Shown here piece by piece: positions 1 to 8,426 of a stretch of 64,000 bases of DNA. The position numbers were made by a program, and so were the translations under genes. The DNA is taken from assembly GCA_963764165.1 (NCBI GenBank), contig CAVXRD010000002.1, positions 2,368,001 to 2,432,000 of the forward strand, in the 5' to 3' direction. Under the pieces are notes generated by a model, which did no database searches, was not told the origin of the DNA, and worked only from the letters and a program-made list of their open reading frames with translations. Origin of the DNA: an uncultured Verrucomicrobiae bacterium (GTDB taxonomy: Bacteria > Verrucomicrobiota > Verrucomicrobiia > Limisphaerales > Palsa-1400). Positions within the stretch are counted from its first letter, which is position 1. Each line of letters starts with the position of its first letter.

Positions 1-2
1 AG

Positions 3-629
3 AGCGCCGCCCAGAAATTGGCCGACGCCGAAAACTACAGTTGGACCTCCACCTTGGAGAGTCCGCAATTCAGCCCGCCTCCAACGCAGGGCAAGACCCA
101 GAAGGACGGTCTTGTGTCGTTGAAGGGCGCATTCCGCGACACCTCATGGGAAGCCATTGCCAAGGCAGGCAAAGGCGCTGTCAAGGACGACGAGGGCTGG
201 CACTCATTGGATGAGGAGGCCAAGGACGGCGGGAACGGCGGATTTAACATGCGCGGATTCCTCAAGGTCTACTTGCGCACTTACAAAGCTCCCGCGGCCA
301 ACGCGGCGGACCTGGTCGACAAATGCAGCGCGATCACAAAGTCTGGCGACACCTACACGGGCGACCTGACCGAAGACGGCACCAAAAGCCTCATGACCAT
401 GGCGGGGCGCGGCGGCGGCAAGGGCCCTGAGATCAGCAAAGCGAAAGGCACCGTCAAATTCTGGGTGAAAGACGGCGTGCTGACCAAATTCCAAACCAAA
501 GTCTCCGGATCAATGAAAGACCGCGACGGCGATGACATGGATGTCGACCGCACCACCACGATTGAAATCAAGGACGTGGGGGCGACCAAACTTGCAGTCC
601 CCGACGAGGCTCTGAAGAAACTGAGTTGA
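3..629 (+). CDS. Hypothetical protein, 5'-truncated by the window edge
   Basis: Frame is open from base 3 (SAAQKLADAENYSW...) to TGA at 627-629; no recognisable catalytic motif. Confidence 0.7.
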   Translation, partial: SAAQKLADAENYSWTSTLESPQFSPPPTQGKTQKDGLVSLKGAFRDTSWEAIAKAGKGAVKDDEGWHSLDEEAKDGGNGGFNMRGFLKVYLRTYKAPAANAADLVDKCSAITKSGDTYTGDLTEDGTKSLMTMAGRGGGKGPEISKAKGTVKFWVKDGVLTKFQTKVSGSMKDRDGDDMDVDRTTTIEIKDVGATKLAVPDEALKKLS

Positions 630-652
630 GCCGGGAAACTTAATAAATTACG

Positions 653-682
653 AAAGCCGCAGGCGAATAACCTGCGGCTTTT
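653..682. terminator. Probable bidirectional intrinsic terminator
   Basis: AAAGCCGCAGG...CCTGCGGCTTTT hairpin between the convergent CDS and tRNA. Confidence 0.7.
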
Positions 683-700
683 ACAAATTTGAAGGCCGAT

Positions 701-788
701 TGGTGCCGGAGGCGGGACTCGAACCCGCACGTCCTGTTACGGACCCAGGATTTTAAGTCCTGTGCGTCTGCCATTTCGCCACTCCGGC
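701..788 (-). tRNA. tRNA-Leu (anticodon UAA), CCA encoded
   Basis: Reverse complement GCCGGAGTGGCGAAATGGCAGACGCACAGGAC-TTAAAA-TCCTGGGTCCGTAACAGGACGTGCGGGTTCGAGTCCCGCCTCCGGCACCA: cloverleaf with long variable arm and T-loop GTTCGA. Confidence 0.97.
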
Positions 789-839
789 CACCCTGATTTT
801 ACGAGGTAAATTGCATTTTCCTGAGATCGTTGTTTGACA

Positions 840-860
840 TTGCGACACTTTTTGTGACAC
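840..860 (+). repeat. Putative integrase arm-type sites, left end
   Basis: TTGCGACAC (840) and TTGTGACAC (852), 12-bp period; the same motif recurs at 20398-20430. Confidence 0.65.
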
Positions 861-869
861 TGTTACGGT

Positions 870-2084
870 ATGAAACCTATTGAAACCGTAAGCAATCAAG
901 CAACAGCCGCTAATGTTCGTTCTTCTCATTCGCGGTTCAAGTATAAGAAGGTCTTGGACGGGCGCAAGCAACCAATCCGGGGACTTTGGGAGCGCAACGG
1001 TAGATTTATTGCGCGGATCGCCGTTGAAGATACGGACGGCATGAAACGCACGCGCTGGGTGCCCCTGGATGGCGCGGAGACGGTTCCCCAAGCATTGGAG
1101 CGGCTAAAGGGGCTTCATGTTGACCGGACGCGCAACGCCCTGCCTGTGCTCAAGCGCGGGCCGACGTTCGCGGCCTACGCTGACGAATACTTTCAACGGC
1201 TCGCACAGACACCAGACGCTAAACGCCCGGCCACGGTGCAAAAGGAGCGCGGCGCCATCGCCCTTTGGATTGAACACATGGGAGGCATCCGGCTTGAAAA
1301 AATCCGCCGTATCCACATAAACAAGTTTATCGAAAAACGTCAGGCCGCCGGCATTTCCGGGCGCACGGTGAACCTTGACGTGATTGCGCTTCGCAACGTG
1401 TTAAAAAGGGCAATCGACGACGAATGGTTGAAAGTCCTGCCAACGGAGAATATGCGGCCGCTCAAGTGGACACCAAAGACAAGCAAGCTGGTTTCCGAAG
1501 CCGATGTTGACGCCCTGTGCAAAGCCGCGCTTGACGAATCAAAAAACGGGCAGGAGTTCGCGGATTATGTCCGGCTCATGGCCTACACTGGCGCGAGGCG
1601 CGACGAGGCTTTGCGGCTCAAATGGGTGGACGTGGATTTCGAGCGCGGACAAATTACCATTGGCGCGGACGGCTTGAACAAAGGGCGTGAAGTCCGCCAT
1701 GTTGACTTCAACTCGAAGTTAGACAGCCATTTGAAGAACATGGCCACACGACGCGCGCCGGACTCGGAATTCCTGTTTCCATCCCCGCAACGGGGCGACC
1801 AAGACCTTCGCACCAAGACGTTCAAGAATAGCCTTTGGATCGCCCGAAACAAAGCCCGGTTGCCGCAATTCAAGTTTCACGATTGCCGCCATTTTTTCAT
1901 CAGCCATTCCGTCATGTCCGGCGTGGATTTTATGACCATTGCCAAGTGGGTTGGCCACAAAGACGGCGGCGTCCTGATCGGCAAAGTCTATGGGCACCTT
2001 GCTGACGCCCACACCAAGCGGCAGGCGCAAAAGCTGAACTTCGGTCCGGCGATTATGACGCTGCCGGAGCTGGCTACGGCCTGA
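870..2084 (+). CDS. int: Tyrosine recombinase/integrase
   Basis: Catalytic signatures TGARRDE, HDCRH, VGH and YGH; adjacent to the att core. Confidence 0.95.
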   Translation: MKPIETVSNQATAANVRSSHSRFKYKKVLDGRKQPIRGLWERNGRFIARIAVEDTDGMKRTRWVPLDGAETVPQALERLKGLHVDRTRNALPVLKRGPTFAAYADEYFQRLAQTPDAKRPATVQKERGAIALWIEHMGGIRLEKIRRIHINKFIEKRQAAGISGRTVNLDVIALRNVLKRAIDDEWLKVLPTENMRPLKWTPKTSKLVSEADVDALCKAALDESKNGQEFADYVRLMAYTGARRDEALRLKWVDVDFERGQITIGADGLNKGREVRHVDFNSKLDSHLKNMATRRAPDSEFLFPSPQRGDQDLRTKTFKNSLWIARNKARLPQFKFHDCRHFFISHSVMSGVDFMTIAKWVGHKDGGVLIGKVYGHLADAHTKRQAQKLNFGPAIMTLPELATA

Positions 2085-2167
2085 CGGCGGCTAGGTACGT
2101 ACCACCACGGGCAGGTGATTTCCGGTTGCGCTATATCACGGTGGGGCTACGATGCTGGCCAACCTGT

Positions 2168-2362
2168 ATGGCCAAAAAAACGGAAACAACGGCGAAAAAG
2201 ACCGTGGCCAAGAATCTCAGGGCCGAGATCAGCGAGACGTTGATCGAAGCCTACTGCGGCACCGTGTCGCTACCGTTTCCGTCCAGCAAGCATGGCCGCG
2301 TGGCCGTGAAGATCGTGGACGACTGGGGGGGCGAGAGCTTGAAGATTCTGGAGATGCAATAA
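2168..2362 (+). pseudogene. C-terminal remnant of a Type III-like Mod DNA methyltransferase
   Basis: LRAEISETLIEAYCGTVSLPF...GRVAVKIVDDWGGESLKI resembles the conserved C-terminus of Mod subunits; no catalytic motifs remain. Confidence 0.7.
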
Positions 2363-2373
2363 GCAATACCAGT

Positions 2374-4275
2374 ATGGCGTTCGACATCGTCCAAATCACC
2401 GACCTTACGGAAGGAATCGATTTTGAAGCGAAGAAAGCCGCTGGTCGCGACGGACAAGGCCAACTGCCTGACAGTTTTTTCTCAACCTACTCCGCTATGG
2501 CGAACACTGAGGGCGGAGTAGTATTATTTGGCATTGAAGAGGTCGCCATCGACCAGTTTGAGATTTTCGGAGTTATTAATCCAAACAAGGTCATCAAAGA
2601 ATTGTGGAGCGGCCTGAACAACAAACAGAAGGTCAGTTCAAATATTCTGACTGAACGTGATGTTCAGACCATTGAGGTTGAGGGCAAAAAAGTCATTCAG
2701 ATCATTATTCCGCGAGCAACTCGGTTTCAGTTGCCAGTGTACCTAGGCAAAAATCCTTTGGTCGGTACTTTCCGGCGACACGGCGACGGAGACTTTCGTT
2801 GTGACGAAGAGACGGTGAAGCGAATGCTGGCCGACCAGGTGGAAGACGCCCGCGACGCCAAGCTGCTCGAAAAGTTCGCCTTTGAAGACTTGAATCTCCC
2901 AACATTGCGCGCCTACCGGAGCGCCTTCAAAACCGTCAAGCCCGATCATCCTTGGGTTGATTTAGAAAACGACGAATTTCTACGAAATATCGGCGGTTGG
3001 ACGATAAACCGTGAAACCAAGCGCGAGGGGCTGACTCTGGCCGGTTTACTGATGTTCGGTAAACTTCGTTCTATTCTCGATGCCGTTCCGAACTACGTGG
3101 TGGACTACCAGGAACGACCGCCCGAGGCGCGAGAGGACAGCGACCGCCGATGGATTGACCGAGTAACAACTGACGGGTCATGGTCGGGTAATCTCTACGA
3201 TTTTTATCGCATAGTCATTCTGCGACTGACCCACGGTTTGAAAATCCCGTTCAAGCTGAAAGGCAATACCCGGATTGATGATACTCCAATCCACGAGGCG
3301 TTTCGTGAAGCCCTCACAAACACTATCATTCATGCGGATTTTACAGGGCGCGTTTCTCTCTATGTTGTCAAACGCCAGGATATGTTTGGTTTCCGAAATC
3401 CAGGATTGATGCGTGTCCCACTCTATTTGGCGATTCGCGGCGGACAAAGCGATTGTCGAAACCGGAACTTGCAAAAAATGTTTCAGTTAGCCGGGCTGGC
3501 AGAACAGGCCGGGTCAGGTTTGCCGAAGGTTTATCGCAACTGGACTAAACAGCACTGGCGCAGACCTGAACTGATCGAGCAACACGACCCGGACCAGACG
3601 ATATTACGACTGCGGATGGTGAGTCTCCTCCCGGAGGACACGTTGACGGAATTGGACGCGAGATTCGGAAAGCGTTTCCGTGAACTTCCTGAAACCGCCC
3701 GGCTCGCGCTGGCAACTGTGGCTGTTGAAAAAAGCGTCACGCACGCACGACTCAAGGAAATGTCCGCCGATCATCCGAAGGACTTATCAAAGACGTTGGC
3801 AAGTTTGGTGGAGGATGGCTTCCTAATTTCACGAGGCGCAACGCGTGGAACCATTTACTTTTTCAAGGATACGGTGCCTGACGCCACCTCAGACGGTTTG
3901 GTTTCGGGCTTCGGCCCCGTACAAGAAGGGGGGGACTCCCAACATTTGCCCGCGGACTCCCAACATTTGCCTGCGGACTCCCAACATTTACGTGCGAGCG
4001 TTGAAAGGTGGCACCTCTTAAAGGAAATGGCTCGACCGGTTCAGGAGAAGGGAAAGGTGCCGCGCCGGGTCGTTGAGGACACCATCATAAAACTGTGCAA
4101 TGGGGATTTTCTCACCGTGAGGAATCTGGCTGAATTACTAAACCGCGACTCAAACTCCCTGCTGAATCATTATCTCAAGGACATGGTTGCGAGTGGCGGG
4201 TTGGAACTTCGATTCGCGGACAAGCCAAATCATCCACAACAGGCATATCGAACAAAAGCGACTCCCGCGTCCTAA
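2374..4275 (+). CDS. AlbA_2/Schlafen-like domain + HATPase_c_4 + winged-helix protein
   Basis: N-terminal DFEAK...SAMANTEGGVVLFGI; EALTNTIIHADF, NPG, RNRNL and EQAGSG motifs; C-terminal HTH and PNHPQQAY tail. ATG at 2374 is the likelier start than 2152. Confidence 0.85.
   Translation: MAFDIVQITDLTEGIDFEAKKAAGRDGQGQLPDSFFSTYSAMANTEGGVVLFGIEEVAIDQFEIFGVINPNKVIKELWSGLNNKQKVSSNILTERDVQTIEVEGKKVIQIIIPRATRFQLPVYLGKNPLVGTFRRHGDGDFRCDEETVKRMLADQVEDARDAKLLEKFAFEDLNLPTLRAYRSAFKTVKPDHPWVDLENDEFLRNIGGWTINRETKREGLTLAGLLMFGKLRSILDAVPNYVVDYQERPPEAREDSDRRWIDRVTTDGSWSGNLYDFYRIVILRLTHGLKIPFKLKGNTRIDDTPIHEAFREALTNTIIHADFTGRVSLYVVKRQDMFGFRNPGLMRVPLYLAIRGGQSDCRNRNLQKMFQLAGLAEQAGSGLPKVYRNWTKQHWRRPELIEQHDPDQTILRLRMVSLLPEDTLTELDARFGKRFRELPETARLALATVAVEKSVTHARLKEMSADHPKDLSKTLASLVEDGFLISRGATRGTIYFFKDTVPDATSDGLVSGFGPVQEGGDSQHLPADSQHLPADSQHLRASVERWHLLKEMARPVQEKGKVPRRVVEDTIIKLCNGDFLTVRNLAELLNRDSNSLLNHYLKDMVASGGLELRFADKPNHPQQAYRTKATPAS
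3934..3990 (+). repeat. In-frame 21-bp tandem repeat (~2.7 copies, DSQHLPA)
   Basis: GACTCCCAACATTTGCC(C/T)GCG repeated, directly after a G7 run at 3928-3934. Confidence 0.9.
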
Positions 4276-4276
4276 A

Positions 4277-4559
4277 ATGCCCACCGGCATCACCCATCTT
4301 ATCGTCAATTCGCCCTACGATGAACCAAAGCATCATTGGCATTATCGCCGGGTGACACAGAAATTTTTCACTCAAACCGACGAAAAGCTCAAGAAGCGAC
4401 TCACCGTGGATAAGCGGGGAGCAAAAAGCGACGAGGCTCGCCGAGTGGGTGAAGGCTGTCAACAAACACGGCGGATTCGGAAAATGGGTTTCGGAAATAT
4501 GCTTCAATCCATCCGACTTGCCGACGGTCATTTGCGCGGCGGCGGCGGTTTCGGGCTAG
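4277..4559 (+). pseudogene. Internally deleted Type III-like restriction endonuclease (Res)
   Basis: N-terminus MPTGITHLIVNSPYDEPKHHWHY joined, in another frame, to the C-terminus LAEWVKAVNKHGGFGKWVSEICFNPSDL; the central helicase core is absent. Confidence 0.72.
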
Positions 4560-5199
4560 AGGGATTCCATTTCATTGAGCGCGGCACATGAAAAGTTCTC
4601 TTTTCGGACAACCGGTCTTTGCCCAAACCCAATTCGGGAGAATCCTGAAATCCAACCTGCTTCGCCAACCCTGGCACGTATCGAAGGTCCGCCAGTGTAT
4701 AGGTTTCCTCGCGAATGATTTTTCTGTCTTTTAGTTCACGGTCAATCGCTTCCCCTAATTTGAAATCCTCCCGCACGTTTTTCAGCCAGTCAATTAGGGA
4801 ACTATAAACAGGAGCAAACCGCTTTTTGTCGTCCGCTGCCGTCAAGGTCAACTCTACCCACCCCAGCACCGCCTTTAAGTGGGTTTGAGTCCATTCCTGC
4901 CCCTTCGGTTCCCCAAGGTGATTCTGGAATTCTTGAAACGTCTCTTTTGTGTAGGGTGCGCCAAAGAGATCAACTGGCTTTCCGTCAAAGTTCTTCACTA
5001 ATTCAGTGGGATCACATGCCGTTGCGCCGTGAATTCTCCAGGCCATTGCCCTGCTCACGCGGAGACGCCCCATTTCGATGCTTTTGATCGTGTCGGCACT
5101 GCAACCGACCATGATTGCAAAATGTGCGCGGGACTTGCCGCTGGCCATGCGGATGGATTTAACCGGATGGCAACCCTTTTTTTTCCGATTTTTTATCAT
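4528..5199 (-). CDS. XRE-family HTH repressor
   Basis: IRMASGKSRAHFAIMVGCSADTIKSIEMGR HTH; divergent from the excisionase-like gene. Confidence 0.8.
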   Translation of the reverse strand: MIKNRKKKGCHPVKSIRMASGKSRAHFAIMVGCSADTIKSIEMGRLRVSRAMAWRIHGATACDPTELVKNFDGKPVDLFGAPYTKETFQEFQNHLGEPKGQEWTQTHLKAVLGWVELTLTAADDKKRFAPVYSSLIDWLKNVREDFKLGEAIDRELKDRKIIREETYTLADLRYVPGLAKQVGFQDSPELGLGKDRLSEKRTFHVPRSMKWNPSSPKPPPPRK

Positions 5200-5279
5200 G
5201 GGGTATCCATACCCAAAACAATACCTTTTGTCAACGAGTGGGTATTGCTTATATTAGAAATACCCCTTATTGTCAACGC
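5200..5279. promoter_or_regulatory. Divergent promoter/operator region
   Basis: Inverted repeats GGGTAT-cc-ATACCC (5201-5214) and GGGTATT-N12-AATACCC (5240-5265); TTGTCAACG occurs twice. Confidence 0.6.
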
Positions 5280-5513
5280 ATGAAATCACTGGAAAGTGAG
5301 ATGCCAAGGATGATCGCCCTTGGCCATTGGCTTAAGCAAAGCGGCGTTAGCAGCGTTACGGCTTGGCGATGGAGGCGGCGAGGCTGGCTCCGAACGGTCA
5401 ACGTCTCCGGGCGAGTTTACCTGACGGCTGATGCCATCGAGGAATTTACCAGGCGTGCAGAGCGCGGCGAATTCTCCGCGCCGCATCCAGTCCCCACCTC
5501 TGCCGCACAATGA
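5280..5513 (+). CDS. Excisionase/AlpA-like small DNA-binding protein
   Basis: GVSSVTAWRWRRRGWLRTVNVSGRVYLT winged-HTH pattern; its stop overlaps the next ATG. Confidence 0.75.
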   Translation: MKSLESEMPRMIALGHWLKQSGVSSVTAWRWRRRGWLRTVNVSGRVYLTADAIEEFTRRAERGEFSAPHPVPTSAAQ

Positions 5514-6376
5514 ACACCCCGGAATTACCAACACGTCCCGGCATCAGCGTTGAGACATTGCTCGCGGCTAACATTCGCCTGAGCGCAACGCCGGAGCCGG
5601 GCAGTATTGAAATCCCGTATCACGACCTGCAAGGCAACCCGACCGGCTTCTCGCGCTGGCGGCTGCCTCGTGAAAGAGCCACCGGGCAAAAGTATCATCA
5701 GGAGCCTGACACCGGGACGCGCGCCTATGTTCCGCCGCAGTTCCACTCCTTCGCGCCAGGCGGCGACTTAGTGTTCGTCGAAGGCGAATTCAAGGCGCTG
5801 GCTCTGATAGACGCCGACATCAAGGCCATCGGCTTGCCGAATTTCAATACCTACGTCCGCGATGAAAAAGGAGAGCCTCAATTACTGACCGGCATCGCCG
5901 ACACCATCGCCTACACGAAGCCAGAACGGATTTTGTTCCTGGGTGACAGCGACACGGCCACGAACCCTGCGTTTGCCGTCAACGCGCTGTTTCTCGCCAA
6001 CGCGCTCAAGACGATGCCGGTGCTGCTGCCGCGCATACCTGTCGGCGGTCCGGGAAAGGGCATTGACGATTGCCGGGAGGCCCTGGGCGACAAGTTCCCT
6101 GAATTCTGGCACGCTCGGATTGATTCCGCCGAGAAGATTGACCTCCAGGCCAGCGCCAACGCTTTAGCCGTGCGGTTGTTGGAGCGCGAGGCCGAGGCAA
6201 TCACGGGCACTACTGGTGTTGAGCGTGACAAACTCGAACGCCGCATTGCGGCCAACCGTATCCGCCTAGTCCTTTCATCGAGCGAGTCCGCCGATTACCT
6301 CACCGCTTCCGCTTTTTTCGGGAGAACTTTTGGTATCGCCTTCGCCGCATGGTGGCCAAAGTGTTTCTCGCGTTAG
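5510..6376 (+). CDS. DUF3854/TOPRIM primase-like protein, probably 3'-truncated
   Basis: VEGEFKA, FLGDSD and GKGIDD TOPRIM motifs; no helicase domain follows. Confidence 0.75.
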   Translation: MNTPELPTRPGISVETLLAANIRLSATPEPGSIEIPYHDLQGNPTGFSRWRLPRERATGQKYHQEPDTGTRAYVPPQFHSFAPGGDLVFVEGEFKALALIDADIKAIGLPNFNTYVRDEKGEPQLLTGIADTIAYTKPERILFLGDSDTATNPAFAVNALFLANALKTMPVLLPRIPVGGPGKGIDDCREALGDKFPEFWHARIDSAEKIDLQASANALAVRLLEREAEAITGTTGVERDKLERRIAANRIRLVLSSSESADYLTASAFFGRTFGIAFAAWWPKCFSR

Positions 6377-6424
6377 CAACAAAACTTGATCGCAACGTCA
6401 TTTACGCCAATCGCGCTGACAACC

Positions 6425-6901
6425 ATGAAAATTCCGCTTGAATTCATGCTGCTGCGAAAAATCCACCTGGCTTTTTGGCACCGCCGCGAAAACGGCTGGG
6501 TGCGCGCCTCCAGAACAGAAATCACCAGAAAATTCTTATACCGGCGGCGACGCGACACGCTTACGGCTCAGGAGTTTTACGACCGCGTCCTGCCTGGCTG
6601 GATCGAGCGCGATCTGGTTCGCGTCGTTGCTCGCCCGCGCCAGCGATCGTACTACCTTCTGCGCCCAATGAACCTGATGGAAATCAATGGCCGCATCGCC
6701 GAAATCGAACGCGAGGCGCGAAGACTTGGGCCACTGCTGAACACCGGAAACCCGGATTGCCAGCAGGGCGACCTTAACCGTCTCGGCGAAGAGCGCATGG
6801 CTCTGCTGGTTGAACGCAAGGCACGCAGCGACCAACGTCTGACCATCGCCAGCCATCGAGCAATTACCGCCAACGTAATGGCACACGGACAAAAAACGTG
6901 A
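6425..6901 (+). CDS. Hypothetical protein, possible winged helix
   Basis: Basic ORF in the orientation of the backbone genes; no clear family. Confidence 0.5.
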   Translation: MKIPLEFMLLRKIHLAFWHRRENGWVRASRTEITRKFLYRRRRDTLTAQEFYDRVLPGWIERDLVRVVARPRQRSYYLLRPMNLMEINGRIAEIEREARRLGPLLNTGNPDCQQGDLNRLGEERMALLVERKARSDQRLTIASHRAITANVMAHGQKT

Positions 6902-7293
6902 GTGACACGCTCGGCGTTAGATCGATATTTCGCCTTAACGTGCGGGTTTTCGACGGGGTGGGCCTGAGAATGCGTTCTGAAAGTCGAGCAATCCTTGCAA
7001 ATCTCGCAATCCCGGAAAAGCCTTGTCGCACCCCGGCCATTGCGGTAAACGTGCCTGTGGCGTGAAATTAAACGCCGACGGGGCGGTTGGTATCCAGCCA
7101 TCCCGAACATGACATTTTAGCGTAGCGGTAAAGGTCAAACGAAAACCTGAGAATTTTCGAGTCACAAGACCTGCCACTGGACGCGCCTACCTGGCGCGGC
7201 TTGGTGCATTCTTGTGACGGGCCTTCTCAGGTGCCTCGTTTGGGTGCGTCGGGTCCGCGCCTTTTCCTTTTCTGGCTTCAAAGGACACATGCT

Positions 7294-8061
7294 ATGAAAA
7301 AATCGATTCGTGTATCGCTCGCCCTTTTTCGCGCGTGCTTGTGTTTCGTCCTGAGTGGATCGCCTGCTTATGGACAAGGCTGGACGACAATGACCGAGCT
7401 GAGTCAAAACGTTTCCATCGGCACGAAGCAAATCGCCGGAAAACGTGTCAACGTGGCCGAATATGCGCCGATGCGCCAGATCGGGGAAAATGTTTATGAT
7501 CTTAGCGCCGTAATTCAGAGTCAACTTCGTCACGATTACCCGAAGTCAAAATATCTTGTGGAAGGAACCGTTGAGGCTGTTACCGAAGAAGGTGCTTCGA
7601 TTTATCTCTATCGCACTACTTATACGTTTCATAACGGATTGGTGATTGAGGCTCCCTATTTCACTCCACAATCGAACATGTCGCCCGCCCCCGTCGAGCG
7701 TGTTGAAGTTCACCATTATTTTGTCAAAAATGCACCGTTCAAGAAGGAACATGTTGGACGAAATGTTTCTCTGTTTGCCGTTCCTACCGGCAGAGACAGT
7801 TTCGACTTCGGTACATCCCTGGCGAACATTTTAGAGTCCCGTGATGTCCTGCTAGTCACGGAGCAAGGAGTGTCGAAAATCAAATACGTGTTGCCCGGCG
7901 AAGCTCGCCACTCGGAACGCAATTCATTACTCGGCCAAAGCGATGACGTAATTGTGCGAGCGGTATCCAGCGCGCCGTCGCCGACAAGGCCACGGTGCCG
8001 ATCCTATTCGAAGGCCGGATTTCCAAACTCATCCCGAACGTCGCGGGACCGGCGACGCTGA
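7294..8061 (+). CDS. Hypothetical exported protein; 3' end possibly scrambled
   Basis: Signal-peptide-like MKKSIRVSLALFRACLCFVLSGSPAYG; the last ~30 codons overlap an hsdR-like fragment. Confidence 0.6.
   Translation: MKKSIRVSLALFRACLCFVLSGSPAYGQGWTTMTELSQNVSIGTKQIAGKRVNVAEYAPMRQIGENVYDLSAVIQSQLRHDYPKSKYLVEGTVEAVTEEGASIYLYRTTYTFHNGLVIEAPYFTPQSNMSPAPVERVEVHHYFVKNAPFKKEHVGRNVSLFAVPTGRDSFDFGTSLANILESRDVLLVTEQGVSKIKYVLPGEARHSERNSLLGQSDDVIVRAVSSAPSPTRPRCRSYSKAGFPNSSRTSRDRRR
7965..8039 (+). pseudogene. Short Type I restriction HsdR fragment
   Basis: Alternate frame reads IQRAVADKATVPILFEGRISKLIPN, similar to the HsdR motif [22 protein letters not shown]. Confidence 0.55.
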
Positions 8062-8218
8062 CAGGCGTCCCCTCAACACTCCAAATCAGCGTCGTTTCCC
8101 AATCCGCCTCATCTGGTTTTTGGCTGGCTTTGCTGGACAAGTCCAGTAGAGTTTAACGCTGAAGCCGTTGGTTCCCTGTAATCGCGCCCAGGAGTGGTGG
8201 ATTGCGGAAAGGTTCCTT

Positions 8219-8425
8219 ATGCAAGAACGCTGGTTATCGGTGGACGAGATCGCAGCGCATCTCGGGGTTAATCCGGACACGATCTACAAGTGGATCACCC
8301 GGAAGAGCATGCCCGCGCACAAGGTGGGAAAGCTTTGGAAGTTTCTCGCTTCGGAAATCGACGAATGGGTCAAGGGCGGACATGCAGGGAAGGCGGACCA
8401 CCTACCAAGACAGAGCCCGAAATAA
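8219..8425 (+). CDS. Excisionase-family (HTH_17) DNA-binding protein heading the defence operon
   Basis: [22 protein letters not shown]...[17 protein letters not shown]; ends 1 nt before the helicase start. Confidence 0.88.
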   Translation: MQERWLSVDEIAAHLGVNPDTIYKWITRKSMPAHKVGKLWKFLASEIDEWVKGGHAGKADHLPRQSPK

Positions 8426-8426
8426 C

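Noticed and set aside
2152..2373. N-terminal extension of the 707-aa ORF
   Set aside because: It overlaps the Mod remnant in another frame; the AlbA domain starts at ATG 2374.
8202..8426. Extended start of the SNF2 ORF
   Set aside because: It overlaps the convincing HTH gene; ATG 8427 follows its stop directly.
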